64,000 bases of DNA from Candidatus Binatia bacterium (GTDB taxonomy: Bacteria; Desulfobacterota; Binatia; UBA9968; JAJDTQ01), in assembly GCA_963666515.2 (NCBI GenBank), contig OY762897.2, positions 2,528,001 to 2,592,000 of the forward strand. Direction: 5' to 3'. Shown piece after piece: positions 50,125-60,222 of the stretch. The notes beneath the pieces were generated by a model. That model saw only the letters and a program-made list of their open reading frames with translations, was not told where the DNA came from and ran no database searches. The translations under genes and the position numbers were made by a program. The first letter of the stretch is position 1. Every line of letters starts with the position of its first letter.

Positions 50125-50424
50125 CTAATTAACCGCCCCCGCGAGGTCGTAGAGCGACGTCACGAGAAAGGCGCGCAGGAACCAGACGATGAAGATGGCG
50201 GCGATGGGAGACATGTCGATGCCGCCGAAGCTCATGGGAAGCATCTGCCTCAGCCGGTCCAGGACCGGATCGGTCAGGTTGCAAAGCATGCGCACGATGG
50301 GGTTGTAGGGATCGGCATTGACCCACGAAATCACGGCGCGCCCCACGATCACCCACACGTAGAGAGTCAAGACCGTATCGAGAAGTCCGGCGACGGCTTC
50401 CAGAAAGTTTCCTGCCACGAACAT
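50125..50424 (-). CDS. yggT: YggT family membrane protein
   Basis: ISWVNADPYNPIVR..LTDP..GIDMSP. Confidence 0.93.
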   Translation of the reverse strand: MFVAGNFLEAVAGLLDTVLTLYVWVIVGRAVISWVNADPYNPIVRMLCNLTDPVLDRLRQMLPMSFGGIDMSPIAAIFIVWFLRAFLVTSLYDLAGAVN

Positions 50425-50451
50425 GTCCCCCTGTCCCCGGTTAAGGCCCGC

Positions 50452-51150
50452 CTACCGCGACGGGCTCCTGGGTCCGAACAGAGCGGTGCCGACCCGCACC
50501 AGCGTCGCCCCCTCGGCTACCGCCACGGGGTAGTCGTGAGTCATCCCCATGGACAGCTCCTCCAGCGCCACGTTGGGAAGCGCAAGCTCGTTCAGCGAAT
50601 CGCGCAGTTCCCGGGTCCTTCGGAAGTACGGTCGGCCGGCTTCGGGATCTTCGGTGAACGGCGGAACGATCATCAGCCCCTTGACCCTGACGTGAGAGAG
50701 GCGGGACACCTCCCGCAACAGCGGCTCGAGACCCGCCTCGCTGACGCCTGTCTTGGTCCGCTCCCCGGCAAGGTTGACTTCCACCAGCACGTCGACGGGC
50801 CGGTCCAGTTCCCGGCCCTCATGGTCCAGCGCCCGGGCCAACCTGAGACTGTCCAGCGTCTGGATGACCGAGAACAGGCCGGCGGCGGCCCGGGCCTTGT
50901 TCCTCTGAAGATGCCCGATCAGGTGCCACTCGGCAACGTCGCCGACGGCCTCCTTCTTGGCCTGCGCTTCCTGGACGTAGTTCTCCCCCACGAGACGCAC
51001 ACCGGCCTCCACCGCAGCGCGCACCGCGAGCACGGACTGGGTCTTGGCGGCGGCGAGCAGCCTGACCTCTCGCGGGTCCCGGCCGCTCCGCTCCGCGGCC
51101 TCGGCGATTCCTTCCATGACCCGTTTGCAGTTGCCCGCGATGTCGACCAT
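50452..51150 (-). CDS. yggS: PLP homeostasis protein (start may be 51213)
   Basis: GENYVQE, WHLIGHLQRNK, LSMGMTHDY, VRVGTALFG. Confidence 0.95.
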   Translation of the reverse strand: MVDIAGNCKRVMEGIAEAAERSGRDPREVRLLAAAKTQSVLAVRAAVEAGVRLVGENYVQEAQAKKEAVGDVAEWHLIGHLQRNKARAAAGLFSVIQTLDSLRLARALDHEGRELDRPVDVLVEVNLAGERTKTGVSEAGLEPLLREVSRLSHVRVKGLMIVPPFTEDPEAGRPYFRRTRELRDSLNELALPNVALEELSMGMTHDYPVAVAEGATLVRVGTALFGPRSPSR

Positions 51151-51304
51151 GACCGCGCCACACCCCCGAAGCGGCTCTGAACGGACCCGGCAGCCGCCGT
51201 GCCCGCGCCGCATGCATCACTATACCACAGGACCGGCGGCGCGGTCCTTACCCCGCGGCCCGCGGACTGCTAGAATCCAACGCAACCTCGGTGTCCACGC
51301 AACC

Positions 51305-53326
51305 ATGAAAACGCTCGCCTGTGGCGTCTGGGCCGTGCTGACGTGGCTGTCCGTGGCTCCCGTACACGCGGTGACGGGAGCCGAGGCGGACTTCGTCCGG
51401 GCCTACCGCCATTACTCCGAAGGGGACGACCTGCGCGCGCGACCCCTCTTCCGCAGCGCGCTGGGCGACTCCACCCTGGTCCTGAGAGACTACGCCCTCT
51501 ACTACCTCGGACGAATCGCCGCCAGAGGGGACAGGCACGAGGAGGCGCGGGACTACTTCAAGCGGTTGAAGAAGTCATACCCCCGGAGCGTCTGGTCCGC
51601 CGAAGCCTCCTTCGCGTTCGTCGAGATCGACCTGGCCCGGAAGCGCTACGAAGCGGCCGTCCGGGGCGCCGCGGCGCTCAAGAAGACAGCGTCCGGGAGA
51701 GAGGCGCGGGCCAGGGCCGCCTACTACCTCGGCCGGGCCCACGAGGCGCTGGGCAAGCACCGCAAAGCGTACAGTTACCACCAGGAGGCGCGCCGGCGGG
51801 CGCCGCGGTCGGCATGGGCCGGCCGGGCCCGGGAAAGGGTCCGGGAACTGCGGCGAGAACACCCGAAACCGCTGGGGCTTCGCGGCGGCGAGGCCATGCT
51901 GCGGGAAGGCAGGCAGCTCCGGCGCGAGCGGGACTACCCCGCGGCCGCCGACCTTTACCGGCGCATCCTTCGCGAAACCAACTTCCGCCGGCTGTCGCTG
52001 GAAGGGCTCGCCGAAGTCTACCGCAAGATGCGCCTGCGGGACGAGGAGGAGCAGGTCCTCCGCCGGTACGTCCGGCACTATCCGCAACGCGCCCAGGCCG
52101 GCGCGGCGCTCACGAGGATCGCCGTCATCCAGTGGAACCGCGACGACAACGCGGGAGCCTTGAAGACCTTGCGCACGTTCCGGAAAAAATATCCCGGACA
52201 CCTCCGAAGGCGCTTCGCCGTCTACGTCATCGGCCGCATCCATGAATCCATGGGCCGGCGCGAGGCCGCGATCCGCACCTACCGGCAGCTCTTCGCCAAG
52301 GAGCATCGCTTCAGCCGTTTCCGCAACGACGCGGCGTGGCGCCTGGGATGGATGCACTACCTTGCGTCCGACTACGCGCCGGCGAAAGCGCGTTTCCATG
52401 ACCTCGCCCGCAGGCGCGGCGCCTACAGGCCGGCGGCCGCCTACTGGGAGGCCCGCACGGCCGAGAAGCTGAAGGAGGCCGACGCCGCGGCGCGACTGTA
52501 CCGGCGCGTGGTGCGGAAGGATCCCGAGTCCTACTACGCAGTCCTGGCGGCCCGGCGGCTCGCGCGGCTCGGAGCCGCGGTCCCCGATCCTCCGCCGCTG
52601 AACGAGACCGGGCAGAAGGCCGGCGCCCCGCGGCTGGGCGAGCGCGCCCGGTTCCACTTGGCCCGGGCGCGCTCGCTCGCGCGCCTGGGGTTGAACCGCC
52701 TCGCCCATCCCGAGCTGGACCGGGTCCGCAGGCACGCGAAACGCAGCCCCGGCCTCACGCGCCTGCTCATGCGCGAGTACGCGCGGAGCCACGCCTACCA
52801 CCGCAGCCTCTCACTGGCGCTGCGGCTGCCGGCCTCGCCCGAGACGCTCCGGCTCCGATATCCGCTGGCTTACTGGGACACCGTCCGGCGGCACGCCGCC
52901 GACAACGGCGTGGACCCGTACCTGGTGCTGTCGGTGATGCGGAGGGAGAGCCGGTACAAGCCGAAAGCCGTGTCCCCCGCTGATGCGTTCGGACTCATGC
53001 AGTTGATCCGGGAAACCGCGGGCAGCGAGGCGGCGAAGATGGGCCTGCCGGAGCCTGGGACTCGGCAGCTCTTCGATCCGGAACTGAACATCAGTCTCGG
53101 GGTGCACCACCTCAAGGGGCTCCTGGAACACTACGACGGCAGCCGGGCCAAGGCGCTGGCGGCCTACAACGCTGGCAGGAGGGCGGTGGAGCGCTGGACC
53201 CGGGACCTTGGTTCCGCGGACGACCTGGAATTCATCGAGCGCATCTCCTACCGGGAGACGCGCCGTTACGTGAAGGCGGTGCTGCGCAACTACCACGCCT
53301 ACCGGACCCTGTACGGCCCGGGATAG
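51305..53326 (+). CDS. Soluble lytic transglycosylase with TPR repeats
   Basis: Signal peptide, TPR region, MRRES, GLMQL, AAYNAG, ETRRYV. Confidence 0.93.
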   Translation: MKTLACGVWAVLTWLSVAPVHAVTGAEADFVRAYRHYSEGDDLRARPLFRSALGDSTLVLRDYALYYLGRIAARGDRHEEARDYFKRLKKSYPRSVWSAEASFAFVEIDLARKRYEAAVRGAAALKKTASGREARARAAYYLGRAHEALGKHRKAYSYHQEARRRAPRSAWAGRARERVRELRREHPKPLGLRGGEAMLREGRQLRRERDYPAAADLYRRILRETNFRRLSLEGLAEVYRKMRLRDEEEQVLRRYVRHYPQRAQAGAALTRIAVIQWNRDDNAGALKTLRTFRKKYPGHLRRRFAVYVIGRIHESMGRREAAIRTYRQLFAKEHRFSRFRNDAAWRLGWMHYLASDYAPAKARFHDLARRRGAYRPAAAYWEARTAEKLKEADAAARLYRRVVRKDPESYYAVLAARRLARLGAAVPDPPPLNETGQKAGAPRLGERARFHLARARSLARLGLNRLAHPELDRVRRHAKRSPGLTRLLMREYARSHAYHRSLSLALRLPASPETLRLRYPLAYWDTVRRHAADNGVDPYLVLSVMRRESRYKPKAVSPADAFGLMQLIRETAGSEAAKMGLPEPGTRQLFDPELNISLGVHHLKGLLEHYDGSRAKALAAYNAGRRAVERWTRDLGSADDLEFIERISYRETRRYVKAVLRNYHAYRTLYGPG

Positions 53327-53410
53327 CGGGAGGTCTCTGCACGCCAGCGCCATCAGCCGGCCCGAGCGCGCGCCGGTGGACAAATCCCTGCCGTTCTCTA
53401 TATTGACCGG

Positions 53411-54457
53411 ATGCGCCGTGAACCTTCAGAGATCCTCTCCCCCCGCGACCGCGCCGACTGGAGCGTCACGGCTCCATCGATCCTGACCCCCCGAGAACGC
53501 CCTCCGGGTCAGCTCGCCGCCGGAATGGTCCGGACCCTGTTCGACCGTCCACGGTGGCTCGAACCCCGTCACCTCTACGACGAGAGAGGGTCGCTGCTGT
53601 TCGAGGAGATCTGCGAGCTGCCCGAGTACTACCCGACCCGGACCGAGGCGGCGATCCTCGAGCGCGAGGCCGGCGCGCTCATGAGCTTGGCGCCGGTGGA
53701 CTGCATCGTGGAGCTGGGCGCCGGCTTCTCCAAAAAGACCGTCCACCTGCTCAAGGCGCTGACCCGCGCCCGCGGCCGCGGCACCTTCGCCGCGGTGGAC
53801 GTGAGCGCAACTGCGCTCATGGCCTCCCGGCGCATGGCCGAGGAGCTGTTTCCGGAGCTGGCGTTCACCGGACTCGAAGCCCGCTTCGAGGACGCCATCA
53901 CCAGCATCACCCGGGAGCTCCCGAAACTCGTCGTGTTCCTGGGCAGCACCATCGGCAACTTCACCCCCACCGACATGCTGCACTTCCTCGGCCACCTCAC
54001 GGACAACATGGGACCCGACGACTACCTCCTGCTGGGAGTGGACCGGATCAAGGAGCCGGAGGTCATCGAGGCGGCCTACGACGACTCCCGCGGCGTCACC
54101 GCCGCCTTCATCCTCAACGGCTTCAACAACGTCAACCGCATCGCCGGAGCCGACTTCCAGCAGGAGAAAATCGCCTACCGGAGCGGCTACAACCGCCAAC
54201 GCGCGCAAGTGGAGATGTGCGGCGTCGCCCGGGAAACCCACCGGGTGAGTTTTCCGCGCCAGTCCGCGTCGTTCGTATGGGAGAAGGACGAAGCGATCCT
54301 GGTGGAGACCAGCCGCAAGTTCGACCCCGATGACCTGCAGGTGCAGCTCCGCTGTTTCGGCCTGGAGACCCTGGGCCACTGGACCGACCCGGACCAGTGG
54401 TTCTCGCTGCTCCTGTTCCGCCGGAACGCGCCCGCACCTTCCGCGGAGTTGCCATGA
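53411..54457 (+). CDS. egtD: EgtD-like (Methyltransf_33) SAM-dependent methyltransferase
   Basis: LYDERGS.LFEEI..LPEYYPTRTE, VELGAG, FLGSTIGNF, AAYDDS.GVT, E.S.KF. Confidence 0.8.
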   Translation: MRREPSEILSPRDRADWSVTAPSILTPRERPPGQLAAGMVRTLFDRPRWLEPRHLYDERGSLLFEEICELPEYYPTRTEAAILEREAGALMSLAPVDCIVELGAGFSKKTVHLLKALTRARGRGTFAAVDVSATALMASRRMAEELFPELAFTGLEARFEDAITSITRELPKLVVFLGSTIGNFTPTDMLHFLGHLTDNMGPDDYLLLGVDRIKEPEVIEAAYDDSRGVTAAFILNGFNNVNRIAGADFQQEKIAYRSGYNRQRAQVEMCGVARETHRVSFPRQSASFVWEKDEAILVETSRKFDPDDLQVQLRCFGLETLGHWTDPDQWFSLLLFRRNAPAPSAELP

Positions 54458-55773
54458 AGAAAGTCCCGGACAAGACGCCCGCCTACGACCTCACGGATTC
54501 CCGCTTCTGGGACGAGAAGGACCTGCGCTCCGAGGTCGAGCGCGTCTTCCATCTGTGCGCCGAATGCCGGCTGTGCGTGAAGTTCTGCGGCAGCTTCCCG
54601 AAGCTGTTCGACGCCATCGATTCCTACTGCACCGAGGAGGAGTTCGCCGAAGTGGACTCCAGCAAGCTCAAGCCCGACGACGTGGACGAGGTGGTGGACC
54701 TCTGCTTCCAGTGCAAGCTCTGCAACATCAACTGCCCCTACACGCCGGGAGACCACGATTGGGCCATCGACTTCCCGCGCCTCATGGCCCGGGCCAAGGC
54801 CCAGCACGTCAAGAAGCACGGCGTGTCCTTCACGGACCGGATGCTGGGGAACCCCGACTTGGTGGGCAAGCTCGGCTCCGCCACCGCGCCCATGGCCAAC
54901 TGGGGCAACGAGAACCGCGTGCACCGGCTGTTCATGCAAGGGGCGCTGGGCATCCACAAGGACAAGAAGCTGCCGCCGTTCGCCTGGAAGACCTTCGCCT
55001 CCCGGTTCCGGTCCGCGCGCCGGGAGCCCCAGGGCGAGCCGGTGGCGAAGGTCGCCTACTTCGCCACCTGTTTCGTCAACTACAACGAGCCCGGCATCGG
55101 ACTCGACACGCTGGAGGTCATGGCCCGGAACGGGGTGGACGTGGCGCTGGCCTACCGGGAGTGCTGCGGCATGCCGTCCTGGCACAACGGCGACATGGAC
55201 AAGGCCGTGGCGCAGGCGCAACGGAACGTGGAGTTGCTGACCCCGTACGTCGAGGAAGGCCGGACCATCGTCGCCACCAACCCCACCTGCTCCATGACCC
55301 TGCGCGACGAGTACCCGCGGCTTCTCGGCACCCAGGCGGCACGGGACGTGGCCGAGCACACCACCGACCCCACCGCCTTCCTGGCCTCGCTTCACGCCGA
55401 GGGCAAGCTCAACCGGGACTTCAAGACCGGCCCGGGGAAGGTTGCCTACCACATGCCGTGCCACCTGCGGGCGCAGCGGCTGGGCAACAAGACCAGCGCT
55501 CTCCTGTCGCTGCTGCCGGACACCGAGGTCACGCTGATACAGGCGTGCTCCGGACACGACGGCACCTGGGCCATGAAGCGCGAGAACTTCGAGGCCTCCA
55601 TGCGCTGGGGCCGCCAAGCGTTCCGGGGCGTCGAGGAGGCCGGCGCCGCGGTGGCGTGCTCCGACTGTCCCCTGGCCGCCATCCAGATCGAGCAGGCCAC
55701 CGGGAAGCATCCGCTGAACCCGCTGCAGATCCTGGCCAGGAGCTATCGCGGCGAGGAGGACTGGGATTCGTGA
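54454..55773 (+). CDS. GlpC/HdrD-like Fe-S oxidoreductase (two 4Fe-4S motifs plus CCG domains)
   Basis: CAECRLCVKFC, CFQCKLCNINCP, ECCGMP, YHMPCH, CSGHDG. Confidence 0.9.
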   Translation: MKKVPDKTPAYDLTDSRFWDEKDLRSEVERVFHLCAECRLCVKFCGSFPKLFDAIDSYCTEEEFAEVDSSKLKPDDVDEVVDLCFQCKLCNINCPYTPGDHDWAIDFPRLMARAKAQHVKKHGVSFTDRMLGNPDLVGKLGSATAPMANWGNENRVHRLFMQGALGIHKDKKLPPFAWKTFASRFRSARREPQGEPVAKVAYFATCFVNYNEPGIGLDTLEVMARNGVDVALAYRECCGMPSWHNGDMDKAVAQAQRNVELLTPYVEEGRTIVATNPTCSMTLRDEYPRLLGTQAARDVAEHTTDPTAFLASLHAEGKLNRDFKTGPGKVAYHMPCHLRAQRLGNKTSALLSLLPDTEVTLIQACSGHDGTWAMKRENFEASMRWGRQAFRGVEEAGAAVACSDCPLAAIQIEQATGKHPLNPLQILARSYRGEEDWDS

Positions 55774-55801
55774 TCTCCCCACCCCGACCACGAGGACGCC
55801 C

Positions 55802-57763
55802 ATGAACATCGCCCTGGAGATCGAGGAACGCGCGCCGTTTGCGGAAGGGGCCGACTTCGGCCCGGTGGGCGCCTACGAACGGATCAAGGGACGGGCGCGG
55901 TTCGCCATCGACCCGCGCTTGGCCGCCAACCGGCACATCGTGGACCTGACGCTGGCGCCCACGGACGGCCGCGGCTTGGTGGAGTACTCCACGGAGTTCT
56001 TCATCGTCAAGCCCGTGGACATGAACCGCGGCAACCGGCGGCTGCTCTACGACGTCAACAACCGCGGCAACAAGCGCGCGCTCCAGTTCTTCAACGACGC
56101 CCCGCCCAACAACGACCCGCGCACCGCGGAGGACGCCGGCCACGGCTTCCTGATGCGCCGGGGCTACACGGTGGCGTGGTGCGGGTGGCAGGGAGACCTG
56201 CTTCCGGGGGACGGGCGCCTGACCATGGAGCTGCCCGTGGCCGCGGGACCCGATGGCCCAGTCACCGGACCCTTCCGGGCCGAGTTCATCAACGAGGAGC
56301 CCGGTGTGACGACCGTTTCCGTGGGCGGACATGATTACATCCGGCCCTGTCCGTCCGTGGACCTCAATACCGCGGCGGCCTCCCTCACCTGCCGGCGGCT
56401 GGAGCAGGACCCGCGCCAGCCCGTACCCGCACGCGACTGGCAATTCGCCGCCCCGGACGCCGCCGGCAACGACTGGCCGTCGGCCGTCCATTGCCACCTG
56501 CCCGGAGGCTTCCGGCCCGGCTGGATCTACGAGCTCATCTACACCGCCAAGGACCCGCTCGTGCTGGGGCTGGGCTTTGCCGGCGTGCGCGACCTCATCG
56601 ACTTCCTGCGCCACGCCGACGAGGACGCGGCCGGACAGGCCAACCCGTTGCGCGAAGGATCGCCGGGCGTCGAGAAAGCCTACGGCTGGGGACGCTCTCA
56701 GAGCGGCCGATTCCTGCGCGGGTTCGTCTACGAGGGTTTCAACGTTTCGGACAGCGGCCGGCGCATCTTCGACGGCGTGTTCTCCCACGTGGCCGGCGGC
56801 GGACGGCTGCGGCTCAACTACCGCTTCGCACAGCCCGACCGCTATCCGCGCCAGCACGAGGACCACCTCTACCCGTCGGAGGAGTTCCCCTTCGCCTACC
56901 ACCGCACCGAGGACCCGTTCAGCGGGGAGCAGGACGCGATCCTGAAACGGCCGGAGACCGACCCCGCCGTCATCCACACCCAGACCGCCACCGAGTACTG
57001 GCAACGGCGCGGCTCCCTGGTGCACACCGACCCCAGCGGCAACGACCTCCCCGAACACCAGAACGTGCGCGTCTACCTGCTGTCGTCCCTGCAGCACAAC
57101 GACGCGGCCGCCGCCCTGGAAGGCGGCGTGCCGCGATACCCGCTCAACCCGCTGCCGGCCAATCCGGTGCTCCGCGCCCTGCTGAGCGCCCTGGACGAGT
57201 GGGTCACCGAAGGGGTCCCGCCCCCGGACAGCCGTGTGCCGACGCGGTCCGGCGGCGACCTCATCACCGGGGACGCCTACCGGAGCGCGTTCCCGGCCGT
57301 GCCGGGCAGCGCCTGTCCCGACCCTCATGCACTGTACCGCCTGGACCGCGGAGCGGACTTCGCCGACGGCGTCATCTCCCGCGAACCGCCGGTGGAGGAC
57401 CGCACCCGCGAATATCCGGTTCTGGTGCCCTTGGTGGACGGCGACGGCAACGAGAGCGCGGGGGTACGGGTGCCTGAAGTGGCCGCGCCCCTGGCCACAT
57501 ACGCGGGCTGGAACCTGCGCAAGGACTCGGAAGTGATGGCGGGCATCGTCGGCAGCGCCCTGCCCTTCGCGGAGACGGAGGAAAACCGTGCCGCACAGGA
57601 CGACCCGCGACCGTCCATCGAGGCGCGCTACCCGTCGAGGGAAGCATACCTGGACGCGGTCCGGGCGGCAGCGGTGGCCCTTCAGGAAAAGCGTCTGCTG
57701 CTGGCCGAAGACGTGGAGCGTTGCGTGGCGGCGGCGGGAAAGCGATGGGATGCGCGGCACTGA
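55802..57763 (+). CDS. Large alpha/beta-hydrolase-domain protein
   Basis: YDVNNRG, GWQGD, nucleophile elbow GRSQSGRFLR, EYWQRRGSL. Confidence 0.82.
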   Translation: MNIALEIEERAPFAEGADFGPVGAYERIKGRARFAIDPRLAANRHIVDLTLAPTDGRGLVEYSTEFFIVKPVDMNRGNRRLLYDVNNRGNKRALQFFNDAPPNNDPRTAEDAGHGFLMRRGYTVAWCGWQGDLLPGDGRLTMELPVAAGPDGPVTGPFRAEFINEEPGVTTVSVGGHDYIRPCPSVDLNTAAASLTCRRLEQDPRQPVPARDWQFAAPDAAGNDWPSAVHCHLPGGFRPGWIYELIYTAKDPLVLGLGFAGVRDLIDFLRHADEDAAGQANPLREGSPGVEKAYGWGRSQSGRFLRGFVYEGFNVSDSGRRIFDGVFSHVAGGGRLRLNYRFAQPDRYPRQHEDHLYPSEEFPFAYHRTEDPFSGEQDAILKRPETDPAVIHTQTATEYWQRRGSLVHTDPSGNDLPEHQNVRVYLLSSLQHNDAAAALEGGVPRYPLNPLPANPVLRALLSALDEWVTEGVPPPDSRVPTRSGGDLITGDAYRSAFPAVPGSACPDPHALYRLDRGADFADGVISREPPVEDRTREYPVLVPLVDGDGNESAGVRVPEVAAPLATYAGWNLRKDSEVMAGIVGSALPFAETEENRAAQDDPRPSIEARYPSREAYLDAVRAAAVALQEKRLLLAEDVERCVAAAGKRWDARH

Positions 57764-57808
57764 AGGACGCCATCCAGACGTTGGCTGATAACCGGCGTTT
57801 GCTGACGG

Positions 57809-58591
57809 CTATTCCATCAAGCCGTTGTCCCGCAAGAACTCAATGACGAAGGCATCGAAGCCCGCGGGGTCCTCGATGCAGCAGGCGTGACCCGTTCCCG
57901 GCAGCACCTTGTGTACCGCTCCGGGAGTCAGGGCCGCGGTCTTTCTTCCACCCTCCAGCGACATGTCGTGCTCGCCGTTGATGACCAGGGTGGGCACCTT
58001 CATCTCCGAAAGCCGCGGCGTCATGTCGGTGCCGGCACGGGCGCGGAAGATCTGCGCGATGGACTTCCCCGACAACCACGGGTTGCGCTCCAGGAAGATG
58101 TCCAGCAGGTACTTGCCCAGCCGGGTGCTCTCGAAACCCGGCGCCACCAACTCCTTGATGTGCTTCTCGTGATACGTGGTCACGTCGTCCGTGTAGCCTT
58201 GGATGCGGTCTCCGACGCGAGCCCCTCCGCCGCTGCTCCCGCCCACCAGAATCACGGCACGGAACATTTCCGGGTGGTCCAGCCCCAGAAGCAGCGCGAT
58301 GCCGGAGCCCACGCTGACGCCGCCAATGACGGCCTCCTCCACACCCTCGGCCCGGCACACGGCGAGCACGTCCCCCGCCATGTCCCCCAGGGAAAACGGC
58401 GTCTCCGGCTTGTCGGACCGGCCATAACCCCGGATGTCCAGCGAGGTCACCTTGAACCACGTGGAGAAGTGGGCCACCTGGTACATGAGGAGGTTGTGAT
58501 CGAACGGGTTGGCGTGCACCCAGATGAAGGGCAGGCCCTCACCCGAGACCTCGTAGTAGATGCGCACCCCATCGGAATCAGTGTACGGCAT
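57809..58591 (-). CDS. Alpha/beta fold hydrolase
   Basis: DIRGYGRS, GVSVGS, PTLVINGEHD, GH..CIEDP. Confidence 0.9.
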   Translation of the reverse strand: MPYTDSDGVRIYYEVSGEGLPFIWVHANPFDHNLLMYQVAHFSTWFKVTSLDIRGYGRSDKPETPFSLGDMAGDVLAVCRAEGVEEAVIGGVSVGSGIALLLGLDHPEMFRAVILVGGSSGGGARVGDRIQGYTDDVTTYHEKHIKELVAPGFESTRLGKYLLDIFLERNPWLSGKSIAQIFRARAGTDMTPRLSEMKVPTLVINGEHDMSLEGGRKTAALTPGAVHKVLPGTGHACCIEDPAGFDAFVIEFLRDNGLME

Positions 58592-58671
58592 GATGCACCT
58601 CGCGTCGTTCCAACCACGAAACCGGACACACTGCAAACGGGGAAGCAAAACAGACCGACCCATCAAAATCA

Positions 58672-58686
58672 TGCTATAAAGGTCCC
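58672..58686 (+). promoter_or_regulatory. Extended -10 promoter, probably leaderless hslR mRNA
   Basis: TGcTATAAA ending 6 nt before ATG; no SD. Confidence 0.55.
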
Positions 58687-59070
58687 ATGACGACGGCCGA
58701 AAGCGTCCGGCTCGACAAATGGCTGTGGGCGGCACGGTTCTTCAAGACCCGCTCGCTCGCGGCCGAGGCGGCGCAGGGCGGCAAGGTCCACGTGCGCGGC
58801 GACCGCGCCAAGCCGGCCCGGCCGGTTCGCGTCGGCGACCGGTTGGAGATCCGGCGCGGCGCCTATGAATGGGTGGTCACCGTAAAGGGTCTATCGACGA
58901 GACGCGGCCCGGCCAAGGAGGCCGCGTTGCTGTACGAAGAAACCGAGGAGAGTGTGCGCAACCGCGACGCCTCGTGTGCCCAGGCCCAGGCCGCCCCCTT
59001 CGGGGAACGCGGCGGACGGCCCACCAAGAAGGACCGCCGGGATCGGGCGCGTTTCGCGCGAGAGGATTGA
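58687..59070 (+). CDS. hslR: Ribosome-associated heat shock protein Hsp15
   Basis: VRLDKWLWAARFFKTRSLA, RRGPAKEA..LY, GRPTKKDRR. Confidence 0.96.
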   Translation: MTTAESVRLDKWLWAARFFKTRSLAAEAAQGGKVHVRGDRAKPARPVRVGDRLEIRRGAYEWVVTVKGLSTRRGPAKEAALLYEETEESVRNRDASCAQAQAAPFGERGGRPTKKDRRDRARFARED

Positions 59071-59150
59071 CGCGGTCTCTCTACCGGGCGCACCTCTCGG
59101 TCAGCGCACTCCAGGAAGCGGTTTCCGTCCGCAGGGAAGGAGAAGAAAGT

Positions 59151-60206
59151 ATGGCTTCTTTCGAGGTGAAAGTTTACCGGATTCAGGTCGAGGAACATCC
59201 GAACGCGGATGCCCTGGAGTTGGCCCGCGTGGGCGGGTACGTGAGCCTGATCAAGAAGGAGTCGTTTTCGACGGGCGACTTGGCGGTTTACATCCCCGAG
59301 GCATCCATCGTTCCCGAAGACGTGATCCAGGAGCTTGGGCTTGAGGGGCGTCTTGCGGGGAAGAAGAAGAACCGGGTGAAGGCGATCAAGCTTCGCGGGA
59401 TACTGTCCCAGGGCCTGGTCTACCCCATCACCGGCAATCGCCTTCGCGGGGTCTCCGTGAATGAGGGCGATGACGTGATTGAGGCGCTCGGCGTGGAGAA
59501 GTGGGAGCCTCCGATCCCTGTCCACTTGTCCGGCAAGGTGCAGAACTCTCACGGAGCGACACTTCACTACGACATCGAGGACATCAAGAAGCACCCGGAG
59601 GTCTTCAAGGCCGGGGAAGAAGTGGAAGTCACCGAGAAGATCCACGGCACTTGGTGTTGTCTCGGTTGGAACCAGGAACGCGGACCGATCGTGTCGTCGA
59701 AGGGATTGTCCTCCCAAGGGTTGTCCTTCAAGGTCGATGATACGGACAATGCGGACAATCTGTACGTCCGCATGTGGAAGAGGTACGGCGACCTCGTGAA
59801 GCAGCGGGCGGAGCATTCGGGCCGGTCGTTGTACGTCCTGGGAGAGATCTTCGGACGTTCGGTCCAGGACCTTCGATACGGCGAGAAGCAACAGGCCTTC
59901 GCCGTTTTCGACGTGTACGTCGGAGACCCCGGTTCCGGCAAGTACCTGACGCGGTCCGAGGTGTCGGAATTCACTGGCGAGGATTTCCCAACGGTTCCGG
60001 TCCTTTACCAGGGTCCTTTCGATGAGAGCCTTCTTTCCGAGTGGACGTCCGGCAGGACTCTATGGGGCGAGGGGGTTGAACAGATGCGGGAAGGCGTCGT
60101 TATTCGGGATTGCGCCGAAGGGTCGGACATGGAGATCGGGCGGCGAGTTCTCAAGAGCGTGTCCGAGGGCTATCTGCTTCGGAAGGGGGGAACGGAGTTC
60201 AACTAG
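59151..60206 (+). CDS. ATP-dependent RNA ligase, DRB0094/Rnl5 family
   Basis: N-domain HPNADALEL; motifs I TEKIHGT, III GEIFG, IIIa FDV, IV REGVV, V LKSVSEGYL. Confidence 0.9.
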   Translation: MASFEVKVYRIQVEEHPNADALELARVGGYVSLIKKESFSTGDLAVYIPEASIVPEDVIQELGLEGRLAGKKKNRVKAIKLRGILSQGLVYPITGNRLRGVSVNEGDDVIEALGVEKWEPPIPVHLSGKVQNSHGATLHYDIEDIKKHPEVFKAGEEVEVTEKIHGTWCCLGWNQERGPIVSSKGLSSQGLSFKVDDTDNADNLYVRMWKRYGDLVKQRAEHSGRSLYVLGEIFGRSVQDLRYGEKQQAFAVFDVYVGDPGSGKYLTRSEVSEFTGEDFPTVPVLYQGPFDESLLSEWTSGRTLWGEGVEQMREGVVIRDCAEGSDMEIGRRVLKSVSEGYLLRKGGTEFN

Positions 60207-60222
60207 GACCGGTGACCTACAT

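Noticed and set aside
49977-50125. tRNA-Leu as an integration site
   Set aside because: No integrase or duplicated tRNA 3' end seen; flanks are core genes
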